Source: Pseudomonadota bacterium
Lineage (GTDB): Bacteria > Pseudomonadota > Gammaproteobacteria > Steroidobacterales > JBCCMA01
Reading direction: 5' to 3'
Assembly: GCA_039026595.1 (NCBI GenBank)
Contig: JBCCMA010000004.1
Span: forward strand, 1-57,204
DNA length: 57,204 nt
The notes beneath the pieces are model-generated. The model was given only the letters and a program-made list of their open reading frames with translations. It had not been told where the DNA came from and searched no databases. Position numbers and translations under genes: made by a program. Below, piece by piece: positions 40,088 through 49,352 of the stretch; within the stretch, counting starts at the first letter, position 1, and every line of letters begins with the position of its first letter.

Positions 40088-41763
40088 GCCGACTCCGCGT
40101 CGCGCAGCTCGCGGCGCAGGATTTTGCCCACGTTGGACTTGGGCAGTTCCTCCATAAACGCAACGTGTTTCGGAACCTTGTAGGCGGTCATGTTTTCGCG
40201 GCAATGCGCACGCACGGCATCGCGGTCGAGCGCCGGATTGGTGCTGACGATAAAGACCTTGATCGCCTCCCCCGACTTGTCATCGGGCACACCCACAGCG
40301 GCCGCCTCCAGAATATCGGGGTGCTGACACAGCACATCCTCAAGCTCGTTGGGGTAGACGTTGAACCCGGACACCAGAATCATGTCCTTCTTGCGGTCGG
40401 TCAGGTACACGAAACCATCTTCGTCCATGCGCCCCATGTCGCCGGTGCGCAACGCCCCGTCGGCGGTCATGACCTCGGCCGTTGCCTCCTCACGTTGCCA
40501 GTAGCCCTGCATGACCTGCGGGCCCGAGATGCAGATCTCACCGATCTCCCCGAGGGGCAGTCGATTACCGTCGTCGTCTCTGATCGACACTTCCGTCGAC
40601 GAAATCGGCAGACCGATCGCACCATTGAATTCCTTCAGGTCCATCGGATTGATGCACGCCGCCGGCGAGGTTTCGGTCAAGCCATAGGCCTCCACCAGCG
40701 TCCGCTTGGTTATCGACATCCACTTCTCGGCCACGCTGCGCTGCACGGCCATGCCGCCGCCGAGCGTCAGTTTCAACTCGGAGAAGTCGACATTCCCGAA
40801 TTCGGGATGGCTGACCAGTGCATTGAACAGCGTGTTGACGCCGGTAAAACCGGTGAACGGCTTGGCCGCCAGCTCTTTTACAAAGCCGTCGAAATCACGC
40901 GGATTGGTGATCAGTACGTTTTCACCACCCATCTTCATGAAGGTCAGGCAGTTCGCTGTTAATGAAAAGATGTGATAAAGCGGCAGCGCAGTGATGACGC
41001 GGTCCTCGCCCTCGTTCGTGTTGTTGCAAATCCACGCAGCGGACTGCAGCACGTTGGCCACCATATTGCCGTGGCTCAGCATGGCGCCTTTCGCCACGCC
41101 GGTGGTGCCGCCGGTGTACTGCAGAAACGCCAGGTCCGAATGATCCAGATTCACATGGTCGAGCGAGCGATTCCTGCCGGAGGCCAGCACATCATCAAAC
41201 GACACGGCGCCGGGAAGGGTCCATTCCGGCACCATCTTCTTGACGCGCTTGATCACAAAGTTGGTGATCTGGCGCTTCGGGAATCCGAGGCGGTCACCAA
41301 TTTGCGTGGTGATGATGCGCTCGACGCTCGTGCGTCCGACCACCTGCTGCGCAGTGTGGGCAAAGTTCTCGACCACAACCAGCCCCTTGGCACCCGAATC
41401 CGTGAGCTGATGCTCGAGCTCGCGCGGGGTGTACATCGGGTTCACATTGACCGCAACGCAGCCGGCGCGCAGCGTGCCAAACACGGCGATCGGATACTGC
41501 ATGATGTTGGGCATCATGATCGCGACGCGATCACCTTTGGAAAAGCCCGCTTCGTGCTGAAGCCACGCACCAAACGCCGCGCTGGCCTGATCCAGTTCCG
41601 CATAGGACATGGTCTTGCCAAAATTGCTGTACGCGGTCAGCCCGCTGAACTTGCGACAGCTCGACTCGATGATGTCCTTTAGCGAACGATATTCAGACAG
41701 GTCGATGTCGGCCGGAACACCCTTCGGATAACTCTTTAACCAGATGCGTTCTACTTCGCTCAC
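40084..41763 (-). CDS. fadD: Long-chain fatty acid-CoA ligase
   Basis: LQYTGGTTGVAKG, EAYGLTE, DRKKDMILVSGFNVYP, LPKSNVGKILRR. Confidence 0.95.
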   Translation of the reverse strand: MSEVERIWLKSYPKGVPADIDLSEYRSLKDIIESSCRKFSGLTAYSNFGKTMSYAELDQASAAFGAWLQHEAGFSKGDRVAIMMPNIMQYPIAVFGTLRAGCVAVNVNPMYTPRELEHQLTDSGAKGLVVVENFAHTAQQVVGRTSVERIITTQIGDRLGFPKRQITNFVIKRVKKMVPEWTLPGAVSFDDVLASGRNRSLDHVNLDHSDLAFLQYTGGTTGVAKGAMLSHGNMVANVLQSAAWICNNTNEGEDRVITALPLYHIFSLTANCLTFMKMGGENVLITNPRDFDGFVKELAAKPFTGFTGVNTLFNALVSHPEFGNVDFSELKLTLGGGMAVQRSVAEKWMSITKRTLVEAYGLTETSPAACINPMDLKEFNGAIGLPISSTEVSIRDDDGNRLPLGEIGEICISGPQVMQGYWQREEATAEVMTADGALRTGDMGRMDEDGFVYLTDRKKDMILVSGFNVYPNELEDVLCQHPDILEAAAVGVPDDKSGEAIKVFIVSTNPALDRDAVRAHCRENMTAYKVPKHVAFMEELPKSNVGKILRRELRDAESA

Positions 41764-41837
41764 GCGTTCCCCCAGGAGGCTTGATCGTTGTGGAGCCGGA
41801 TTATTGCACAGCCCTGCCAGACGCAGGGAAACGCGAG

Positions 41838-42761
41838 CTATGCCGCGTCGAGCGTGGCCTGCATCGTGTGCACGACCACATCACAGACGCGCGTTATTGA
41901 CGCGGTGCGCACGCTGCTGGCGCGCCATAGGGCTGCGATGGTCCGGGTTGGCGCGGGCGCGGTGAAGGGCCGAATCACCGACCGACCCAGATGGGCGTCC
42001 GAGGTGATGCTGAGCTCAGGTAAAAGCGTGATGCCCTGGCCAGCGGCCACCATCTGGCGCAGTGTCTCGAGACTCGTGGCCGCCAGCGTTTGCCGTCGGG
42101 GGTCGTCTCCGGCGCTGCCCCCGATGCCACAGACATCCAGCGCCTGATCGCGCAGACAGTGCCCTTCCTGCAAGAGCAGCAAATCGTGCTGCGCAACCTC
42201 ACCCGCATTGATGTGCGCGGCGTCCGCAAGCACATGCGAGGCGGGCATGGCCACCACAAATCGCTCATTGAACAGTGGGCGGCGTTCCAGCGGCACCGAT
42301 TCCACCTGCCCGTGCGGCAAGGCAAGAAACACCACATCCAGTTCGCCTGCGGCGAGTCTGGGAATGAGGTCGGCGGTCTGATGCTCGGCAAAAAAGAACG
42401 CCAGATCCGGCAACGCGTCGGCCAGGGGGCCAACAATGTGCGGCAACAGATAGGGACCGAGTGTCGGGATGAACCCCAGTGACAGCTGTCCGGCAAACGG
42501 ATTCTGGTGGTAACGCGCCAAGCCGCGGATTTCATCAACGAGCCCGTGGATGGACCGGGCGCGCGCAACGATTCGCTCCCCCACTGGCGTCAGCATGACG
42601 TTCTTGTGCTGGCGCTCGACCAGTTCTACGCCGAGCTCGAATTCCAGCTTTTTAATCTGGGCGCTCAACGTCGGCTGACTGACGTGGCACTGCTGCGCCG
42701 CACGCCCGAAGTGGCGGGTTTCGGCCAGAGCCACCAGATACTGAAGCGTACGCAGGTTCAT
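41838..42761 (-). CDS. oxyR: Hydrogen peroxide-sensing LysR regulator OxyR
   Basis: HFGRAA..C.VSQPTLS, IPTLGPYLLP, EGHCLRDQALDVC with both redox Cys, ATSLETLRQMV. Confidence 0.88.
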   Translation of the reverse strand: MNLRTLQYLVALAETRHFGRAAQQCHVSQPTLSAQIKKLEFELGVELVERQHKNVMLTPVGERIVARARSIHGLVDEIRGLARYHQNPFAGQLSLGFIPTLGPYLLPHIVGPLADALPDLAFFFAEHQTADLIPRLAAGELDVVFLALPHGQVESVPLERRPLFNERFVVAMPASHVLADAAHINAGEVAQHDLLLLQEGHCLRDQALDVCGIGGSAGDDPRRQTLAATSLETLRQMVAAGQGITLLPELSITSDAHLGRSVIRPFTAPAPTRTIAALWRASSVRTASITRVCDVVVHTMQATLDAA

Positions 42762-42786
42762 CGCGCCCCGAGTATACGACCGTCCG

Positions 42787-43761
42787 TCAGGATGATGAGA
42801 CCACCGAGACGGGGGAGCCAGATCGAAACGCCAGCAGATTGGCTGCCACGGAATCCAGAGCGCGCTGGCGTGCGGTCTGGCTGGCCCACGCCACGTGCGG
42901 TGTCAGAATCAGGTTGGGCAGATCAACATTGAGAAGTGGCTCGTCCGCGGGCGGCGGCTCCGACGGCAGAACGTCGATCGCCGCCCCGGCGAGATGACCG
43001 TCACGCAGCGCGTCCGCCAACGCCACGCTGTCCACCAGACCGCCGCGCGCTGTGTTGATCAGTATGGCGCCGGGCTTGAGTTGGCGCAGGACGTGACGGT
43101 CGATCAGGTTTCGGGTGTGCGCGGTCAACGGACAGTGGAGACTAAGAACATCTGACTGCGCAAGAAGCGCATCGAACGCAACCCGCTCGCGCCCAGCCGC
43201 CGCTCCACCGTGGGATTCGGCGACCAGGACGGTCATCCCGAAATGGCGCGCGGTGGCTTCAACCGCACGCGCCAGTGCGCCATAGCCCACCAGACCGATC
43301 ACGAGGCCCTGCAGATCCCGAATGCCGGTCACGGGGACACCAGAACGAGCCCCATCGCGCTGCGGCGTCCGCCATCGGCCTTCAGAGACCGTTGCGCGGG
43401 CCGCATCGAGCCGGCGAGTCAGCGCAAGCAGGACGGCGAAGACATGCTGGGCGACCGAGTGAGAACAGTAGTCCCGAATGTTCGTGACGGTGATTCGATG
43501 GTGCGCCGCCGCATCAAGATCGACGTTATCCGCCCCCGTTGCCGCCAGACCCACGTAGCGCAGGTCCGGCAAAGCGGCGAATTCAGCGGGCCCCAGACGT
43601 ACTTTATTGACGAGCGCTGCCTCCGCGCCCTTCAAACGGGGGACGACGGTGTCAGGCGTCGCAAAATCATACAGCGTGACGGATGACACCGAGTCCATCA
43701 GTCGTCGAGCGTCGAGATCGCCGGCGTCGACGGTGCCGTAGTCCAGAAAAACTGCTTTCAT
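42787..43761 (-). CDS. D-2-hydroxyacid dehydrogenase (glycerate DH/HprA-like)
   Basis: MKAVFLD, ATGADNVD, GYGALA, LHCPLT, INTARGG, TPHVAW. Confidence 0.9.
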   Translation of the reverse strand: MKAVFLDYGTVDAGDLDARRLMDSVSSVTLYDFATPDTVVPRLKGAEAALVNKVRLGPAEFAALPDLRYVGLAATGADNVDLDAAAHHRITVTNIRDYCSHSVAQHVFAVLLALTRRLDAARATVSEGRWRTPQRDGARSGVPVTGIRDLQGLVIGLVGYGALARAVEATARHFGMTVLVAESHGGAAAGRERVAFDALLAQSDVLSLHCPLTAHTRNLIDRHVLRQLKPGAILINTARGGLVDSVALADALRDGHLAGAAIDVLPSEPPPADEPLLNVDLPNLILTPHVAWASQTARQRALDSVAANLLAFRSGSPVSVVSSS

Positions 43762-43911
43762 GCGGAAAGTCCGGGAGTTATGTCTGATCTGGCGCACTGC
43801 AGCAGCACACTCGAGATAATCGAGAGCGGACATTGCGCCCCACGTGCGCTGGGGCAATCTTGTCAGACATTATGGCGAAATAGCAGCCCCATACGGCGGG
43901 GCGCTCCGCGG

Positions 43912-43928
43912 TGTCGGGCTCCTTGACA
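43912..43928. promoter_or_regulatory. Putative enhancer (upstream activator) site for the PEP-CTERM genes
   Basis: TGTC-N9-GACA dyad about 140 bp upstream of the sigma54 site. Confidence 0.5.
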
Positions 43929-44065
43929 GGTTTTGATTCTGAGCCGGTCTCTGGCGAATTTTCGAAGGCGAGCGGTATGGTGAGCCGGCGGACCTGTTAT
44001 TTTTTTCCTATCAAATTCATTTACTTATGAGAAATATAGCGGAAAAGCTACGCGACGAAAAAAAA

Positions 44066-44082
44066 TAGGCACGCCGATTGCA
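44066..44082 (+). promoter_or_regulatory. Sigma54 (-24/-12) promoter
   Basis: TAGGCACGCCGATTGCA versus consensus YTGGCACGNNNNTTGCW, with correct GG-N10-GC spacing. Confidence 0.75.
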
Positions 44083-44173
44083 TCGTATCCCCCAACGGCG
44101 CGGATAGACGCGCTCGTCGCACAAAGAAAGCGGCGATTGATAATCGAAGATTGTGAATACAGAGGCTTTAACA

Positions 44174-44722
44174 ATGAAAACCAACATCCTCCGAGCAGCA
44201 GCCGTCGCCGTCGCGTTGTCCTTCGCGGCCGCACCGGCACACGCCGCGTTCATCGAAGGTGAAATCACTATGAGCGGTGACGTCGCTCCTACGGGTGGAA
44301 CCGGTCTTGCCGACGCCACCGGTCTGGACTTCCTGGGTGATGACTTCGAAATCGATCAGGTCAGCGGCGACTTCGCCACCGCAGGCATCATGGTCGGCGA
44401 TTCGGGCACCTACAACGACTTCAGCTTTGATCCTTTCACGTCGCCCACGACGGTCTGGAGCATCGGTGGCTTCTCGTTCGTGCTGGACCAGATCCAGATC
44501 GTTTTCCGCAACGATGTCGTCCTTGCCCTCGCCGGCACGGGTTTCATCACGGGTAACGGCTTTGACGACACCATGGGCGCGTGGACGCTGACGGCAAACA
44601 CCTCGGGTGCGCTGTTCAACTTCTCGAGCTCGGCTGCTTCGATCGACGAGCCGGCCATGCTGGGTCTGCTGGGCCTTGGCGGCCTGATGGCCTTCGGTCT
44701 GCGCCGTCGCCGTAGCGCCTAA
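44174..44722 (+). CDS. Secreted protein with a variant PEP-CTERM sorting signal
   Basis: Signal peptide ending AHA; C-terminus IDEPAMLGLLGLGGLMAFGLRRRRSA. Confidence 0.85.
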   Translation: MKTNILRAAAVAVALSFAAAPAHAAFIEGEITMSGDVAPTGGTGLADATGLDFLGDDFEIDQVSGDFATAGIMVGDSGTYNDFSFDPFTSPTTVWSIGGFSFVLDQIQIVFRNDVVLALAGTGFITGNGFDDTMGAWTLTANTSGALFNFSSSAASIDEPAMLGLLGLGGLMAFGLRRRRSA

Positions 44723-44821
44723 GTTACTTTTCGCACAGCGGCCCGCGGTCGGGTGTCGGCGCCACACAAGAAGCGCCAAGCCTGATTCGCGGGCCTCTCC
44801 ATCTCTGACGGAGACAGAAGC

Positions 44822-45364
44822 ATGTTTACACGGAAATTTATTGCCCCCGCCCTCGCAGCCGCCGCGCTTGCACTCAGTGCAGTGCCAGCATCCGCTGCGC
44901 TCTTTCAGGGTGCACTGAGCTTCTCAGGCGACATTGGCCTGACCAGCTGCGACACGCTGGCGAGCATCGATGCGCTGAGCTTCATCAACGATGACTTTGA
45001 CGTGGACGGGGCAGAGGGGGACTTTGCCGCAGCCGGTATCGGTCAGGGCGATCTCGGTGCCATCACCGATTTTGATTTCGCTCTTAGCACCGTTGACGGC
45101 ACGACGCTGTCGATCAACGACATCGACTTCACGCTCACCTCAGTCGAGGTGTTGTTCCAGTCGACCGCATTCCTGCTGATCCAGGGCACCGGCTTCATCA
45201 CAGCCACGGGCTTTGATCAAACGGCTGCGGACTTTGTGCTGACCGCCAACACGAACGGCCAGCTGGAAGTCATGTCGGGGTCGATCTCAGCGGTACCCGT
45301 TCCGGGCGCCTTGTGGTTGATGGGCTCCGCACTCGTGGCACTCGGCGCACGCCGCCGTAAGTAG
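44822..45364 (+). CDS. Secreted protein with a VPLPA-CTERM-like sorting signal (paralog of the upstream gene)
   Basis: Signal peptide ending ASA; C-terminus AVPVPGALWLMGSALVALGARRRK. Confidence 0.87.
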   Translation: MFTRKFIAPALAAAALALSAVPASAALFQGALSFSGDIGLTSCDTLASIDALSFINDDFDVDGAEGDFAAAGIGQGDLGAITDFDFALSTVDGTTLSINDIDFTLTSVEVLFQSTAFLLIQGTGFITATGFDQTAADFVLTANTNGQLEVMSGSISAVPVPGALWLMGSALVALGARRRK

Positions 45365-45408
45365 GACCTGACCGAGAAAGTCAGTCCGCCGCGAAGCGCA
45401 CTAGCTTG

Positions 45409-45443
45409 AACGGCGAGTCGGGAAACCGGCTCGCCGTTTTTTT
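45409..45443 (+). terminator. Intrinsic terminator
   Basis: AACGGCGAGTCGG-GAAA-CCGGCTCGCCGTT plus T tract. Confidence 0.9.
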
Positions 45444-45446
45444 ATG

Positions 45447-45845
45447 TCAGCGATCGATGAAGTGGCTGGCCAGCAGCGCGGCGCCACCAATCAGCCACAC
45501 ACCCGCACCCCAACACAGATCGAGCGGCGTCCGAAACTCGACATAGATCGCCAGACCCAGTCCGCACGCCGCAACACCGAACGCCACCCGACGCGCTGCG
45601 CGGCCTCCGATCACCGCCGCCGCCGGCAGCGACACGTTTCCGGAAAGTGCCAATAAAACGAACAGAGAAATGGCGATAGATCGAACAGACGGCGGGGCAT
45701 GCAGGATAGACAGCGCGTAATCCAAGCCACGGTGCACGACCCCGAGGCCGCTCACCGGGGAGGAGAGCCGCAGCGCGGGCGCGAAAAGGGATACCGCAAA
45801 CAACACGCCACCCGCGCCAACCAGACCCGCACGAAGACGCGTCAA
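45447..45845 (-). CDS. Small hydrophobic membrane protein, hypothetical
   Basis: About four hydrophobic segments; abuts the zinc-ribbon gene; TTG start. Confidence 0.55.
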   Translation of the reverse strand: MTRLRAGLVGAGGVLFAVSLFAPALRLSSPVSGLGVVHRGLDYALSILHAPPSVRSIAISLFVLLALSGNVSLPAAAVIGGRAARRVAFGVAACGLGLAIYVEFRTPLDLCWGAGVWLIGGAALLASHFIDR

Positions 45846-45846
45846 T

Positions 45847-46149
45847 CTACGGATTGCCCGATACGCCCTGATGCATGCGGATCCAGGAAATCACCGCAGG
45901 ATCGTCAGCGGGGTCCCCCCTCCGGATGACCGCATTACGTTCGTTTCCAAGCTGGAAACCGTCACCGCACCCGGCGCAACGCAGCCAGAACTCATTACCG
46001 GTGGGCAGCACCCTGACCAGGAACAACGACAGCCACATGGTGACCGTGTGCAGATGCCATGGGCGCTCCTGACCGCAGGCCTGGCAACTTGTCTCGACCA
46101 CGGGCCCTTCATCGCGGTTTCTGGGCGTCCAACCAAACACGATAATCAC
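45847..46149 (-). CDS. Zinc-ribbon domain protein
   Basis: IIVFGW, CQAC, WLSLFLVRVLP, CAGC; GTG start 1 nt after the ppc stop. Confidence 0.75.
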   Translation of the reverse strand: MIIVFGWTPRNRDEGPVVETSCQACGQERPWHLHTVTMWLSLFLVRVLPTGNEFWLRCAGCGDGFQLGNERNAVIRRGDPADDPAVISWIRMHQGVSGNP

Positions 46150-46150
46150 A

Positions 46151-48862
46151 TCAACCGGTGTTCTGGAGGCCCTGCGCGATGCCGTTGACGCTGACCTTGA
46201 GCGCACTCAAAAGCGCGTCATCAGAGCGGTCCGAGGCACGCCAGCGTCGCAACAGATCGATCTGAATCATGCTCATCGGGTCAACATAGGGATTGCGAAG
46301 CAGAATGGCCCGGCGGAGCGTGGCGTCGTCCTCGAGCAAACGTTCGTTGCCTTTCAGTTGAAGAATGCATCGAACCGAGCGATCGTATTCCTCGCGAATC
46401 GACGTAAAGAAATGGCGTACCGACGGTTCGGCCAGCGCGGCGTAGCGCTCCGCGATGTCCATGTCCGCCTTGGCGAGCACCATTTCCACATCGTTCACAA
46501 TGCTCTGGAAAAACGGCCAATCGGCCAGCATTTCCTGCAACGTCTCGACACCAAAGGACTCGGCGGCGGCGACCAGACCTGTGCCGGCTCCGAACCAACC
46601 CGGAAGGATCTGACGGCTCTGGGTCCATGCAAATACCCACGGAATGGCGCGGAGATTTTCAACGCCGGCGCCCTCGCGGCGCGATGCCGGCCGCGACCCG
46701 ATCGCCAGACGTTCAATGACATCAATCGGCGTGGAGGCGCGAAAATACGACGTGAAATCCTCCGCGTCGTACACCATATGGCGGTACGCTGCGCGACTAC
46801 GCGCGGCGATTTCATCCATGGCGTCACGCCAGGGTGCCGGCCGCGGCGCTCGCGACTGTGGGCGACTGGCCAGGATGACCGCCGACGCCGCCTGCTCGAG
46901 CGTCCGTAATGCCAGCCCTCGAAGCCCGTACTTGGCATTGATGATCTCGCCCTGCTCGGTGACCCGAAGGCGGCCCTGAACCGAGTGCCTTGGAGCGGCG
47001 AGCACGGCGTTGTAGACCTTGCTGCCGCCACGACTGACCGAACCGCCGCGCCCGTGGAAAAACACCACCGCAACATTGTGCCGGTCCAGCGTCTCCACCA
47101 GCCGGGACTGGCCTTCCTGCAACGCCCAGCGCGCCGCCATGATTCCGCCGTCCTTGTTGCTGTCCGAATAGCCGATCATGATCATCTGGCGATCATCACG
47201 GCGCGTAAGGTGGCGGCGGTACATTTCATCGGTCAGCAACTCATGGAGCACGGTTGGGCCACCAACCAGATCATCCACAGTTTCGAACAAAGGTGCGATG
47301 TCGAGCCGAAGTGCGCCGTCCTCGCCGACCAGCCCGGCCCACATGGCCAGCACCATGACCGACAGCACATCGTCCGCACGCTGCGCCATGCTGATGATGT
47401 ACGGACCGACCGCCGACTCGCCGTACTGTTGCTGGCACTCGTCGATGGCGCGGAACACATCGAGCGTACGTTCGATCTCTTCCGACGTGCGTTCTGGCGT
47501 GGTGCGATTGGCGAGCTGCTCACGAAGTACACGGGCGCGATCCGCGGGATCGCGTTCGAGCCACGCGTCATCCCCCAGCACCTCGCCAATCACCTGGCGA
47601 TGCACCAGCGAATCCTGACGTATATCCAGCGTCGCAAGATGAAAGCCGAACGTCTCGATCCGCCGCAACAGACGTTCCACCGAGAAAAGTCCCGCGTTGC
47701 GGCCGCCATGGTTGGTCAGCGACCGGGCGACCAGCCGGATATCCGAGTGAAACTCATCGACGCCGGAATACGCGCCATCGCGTTCATGTTCAGTCGCAAG
47801 CAACCGCGCGTGCACAAACCGCAGAAAAGCCCGATACAGCATATCGGCGTGCCTCGGGCTGGATTCGGTGATGAGATCAGACCACCGCGCCTCGTAGTGC
47901 GCGAGCCGCTCGAGGAGCTGGGAATCAAAGTCGACACGGCCACTCGACTGGCTCAAGTGCCAGAACAACGCCTCGACCTCCTCGAGATAACGTCGCAACA
48001 CCAGATCCCGATGCCGACGCAGCGATGCCCGGATGGTCACGCCCGACACATTCGGATTGCCGTCCATATCGCCGCCGACCCACGACGCAAACCGCAACAG
48101 CCCCTTCAGTCGAGCGCCGGCGGCCGCTTCGCCTAGCGTCTTGGTAAGCGCCGCTGCCGTCTCCTCGTAGAAAGGCGGGACGATCCGATACAGCACGTTG
48201 GTAACGTAAAACAGGATGTTCTCGCGTTCATCTGCCACGGTCATCCTGCCGTCGGGGTGCTCGATCGTCTGCCAGATGATGGTCAGCTGCGCGCGCACCT
48301 GTTCCATCAATACGTCGCTTTCATGGGGTGTCAGCGACGGATCCATGCGCGCGACGAGGTGCCGCGAAATCTGCTGCTGCTTTTCGAGAATCGTCCGCCG
48401 CGTCGCTTCGGTTGGATGCGCGGTAAAGACCGGCTCAATTCGAATCGAACCCACAAGCTGGCGAGCGTCACGCTCACTCATGCCATCGTCGAGCAGCTGT
48501 TGCACGCTGCGCGAAATGGTCTCGCCCTGCGGGCCGTCGCCCTTGCGCAGATAGTCTCGCCGTCTGCGAATCCGGTGTATACGTTCGGCCAGATTGACCA
48601 TCTGGAACCACAACGAAAAGGCACGCAGTACGCTCACCGCTTCGATCGGTGAACGACCGGTCAGCACGTCGTCGAGATCATCCGCGACCTCGTGGTCGCC
48701 AGCGCGACGGGCAATGGCGAGGCGACGGGCCTTCTCGACCGTATCGAAAAACGCCTGGCCGCGCTGCTCCACCAGTAGTTCGCCCAACATGCGGCCGAGT
48801 TCACGGACATCGGCCCGCAGCGGCTCGTCCTTCTGTTCGAAGTGGACCGTCTCGCGCTGCAC
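46151..48862 (-). CDS. ppc: Phosphoenolpyruvate carboxylase
   Basis: VFTAHPTE, SWVGGDMDGNP, MIGYSDSNKD, FHGRGGSVSRG, LRAIPWVFAWTQ, C-terminal QNTG; start approximate. Confidence 0.96.
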   Translation of the reverse strand: MQRETVHFEQKDEPLRADVRELGRMLGELLVEQRGQAFFDTVEKARRLAIARRAGDHEVADDLDDVLTGRSPIEAVSVLRAFSLWFQMVNLAERIHRIRRRRDYLRKGDGPQGETISRSVQQLLDDGMSERDARQLVGSIRIEPVFTAHPTEATRRTILEKQQQISRHLVARMDPSLTPHESDVLMEQVRAQLTIIWQTIEHPDGRMTVADERENILFYVTNVLYRIVPPFYEETAAALTKTLGEAAAGARLKGLLRFASWVGGDMDGNPNVSGVTIRASLRRHRDLVLRRYLEEVEALFWHLSQSSGRVDFDSQLLERLAHYEARWSDLITESSPRHADMLYRAFLRFVHARLLATEHERDGAYSGVDEFHSDIRLVARSLTNHGGRNAGLFSVERLLRRIETFGFHLATLDIRQDSLVHRQVIGEVLGDDAWLERDPADRARVLREQLANRTTPERTSEEIERTLDVFRAIDECQQQYGESAVGPYIISMAQRADDVLSVMVLAMWAGLVGEDGALRLDIAPLFETVDDLVGGPTVLHELLTDEMYRRHLTRRDDRQMIMIGYSDSNKDGGIMAARWALQEGQSRLVETLDRHNVAVVFFHGRGGSVSRGGSKVYNAVLAAPRHSVQGRLRVTEQGEIINAKYGLRGLALRTLEQAASAVILASRPQSRAPRPAPWRDAMDEIAARSRAAYRHMVYDAEDFTSYFRASTPIDVIERLAIGSRPASRREGAGVENLRAIPWVFAWTQSRQILPGWFGAGTGLVAAAESFGVETLQEMLADWPFFQSIVNDVEMVLAKADMDIAERYAALAEPSVRHFFTSIREEYDRSVRCILQLKGNERLLEDDATLRRAILLRNPYVDPMSMIQIDLLRRWRASDRSDDALLSALKVSVNGIAQGLQNTG

Positions 48863-48869
48863 GTTGGGA

Positions 48870-49352
48870 TCAGTCGCGGAAATTGTCGAACTGCAGCGGC
48901 AGTCCGTATTCGCCGTCGCGCAACAGAGCAATCACGCTTTGCAGGTCATCGCGCTTCTTGCCGGTCACGCGCAGTTTCTCACCCTGAATCTGGGCCTGAA
49001 CCTTCATTTTGGCATCCTTGATCGCCTTGACCATTTTCTTGGCCAGAGGTGCGTCGATGCCTTGCCGGACGGTGGCGGTTTGCAGGGCACGGCGCCCGGA
49101 TTCGGTGGCCGGCCCCACGTCCAGACAACTCACGTCGATACTGCGCTTGGTCATCTTCATACGCAGAATATCGAGCATCTGGCGCAACTGGAACGTGGCC
49201 TCGGCGTTGAGCTGGATGCTTGCGCCGTTAATCTCGTAGCGTGCATCCACGCCCTTGAAATCAAATCGCGTTCCCACTTCACGGTTCGCCTGGTCAACAG
49301 CGTTGGCCAGCTCGTGTTCGTCCACCTCGGACACCACATCAAAAGAGGGCAT
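48870..49352 (-). CDS. yajQ: YajQ family nucleotide/c-di-GMP-binding protein
   Basis: MPSFDVVSE, RFDFKG, RVTGKKRDDLQ, QFDNFRD. Confidence 0.96.
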   Translation of the reverse strand: MPSFDVVSEVDEHELANAVDQANREVGTRFDFKGVDARYEINGASIQLNAEATFQLRQMLDILRMKMTKRSIDVSCLDVGPATESGRRALQTATVRQGIDAPLAKKMVKAIKDAKMKVQAQIQGEKLRVTGKKRDDLQSVIALLRDGEYGLPLQFDNFRD

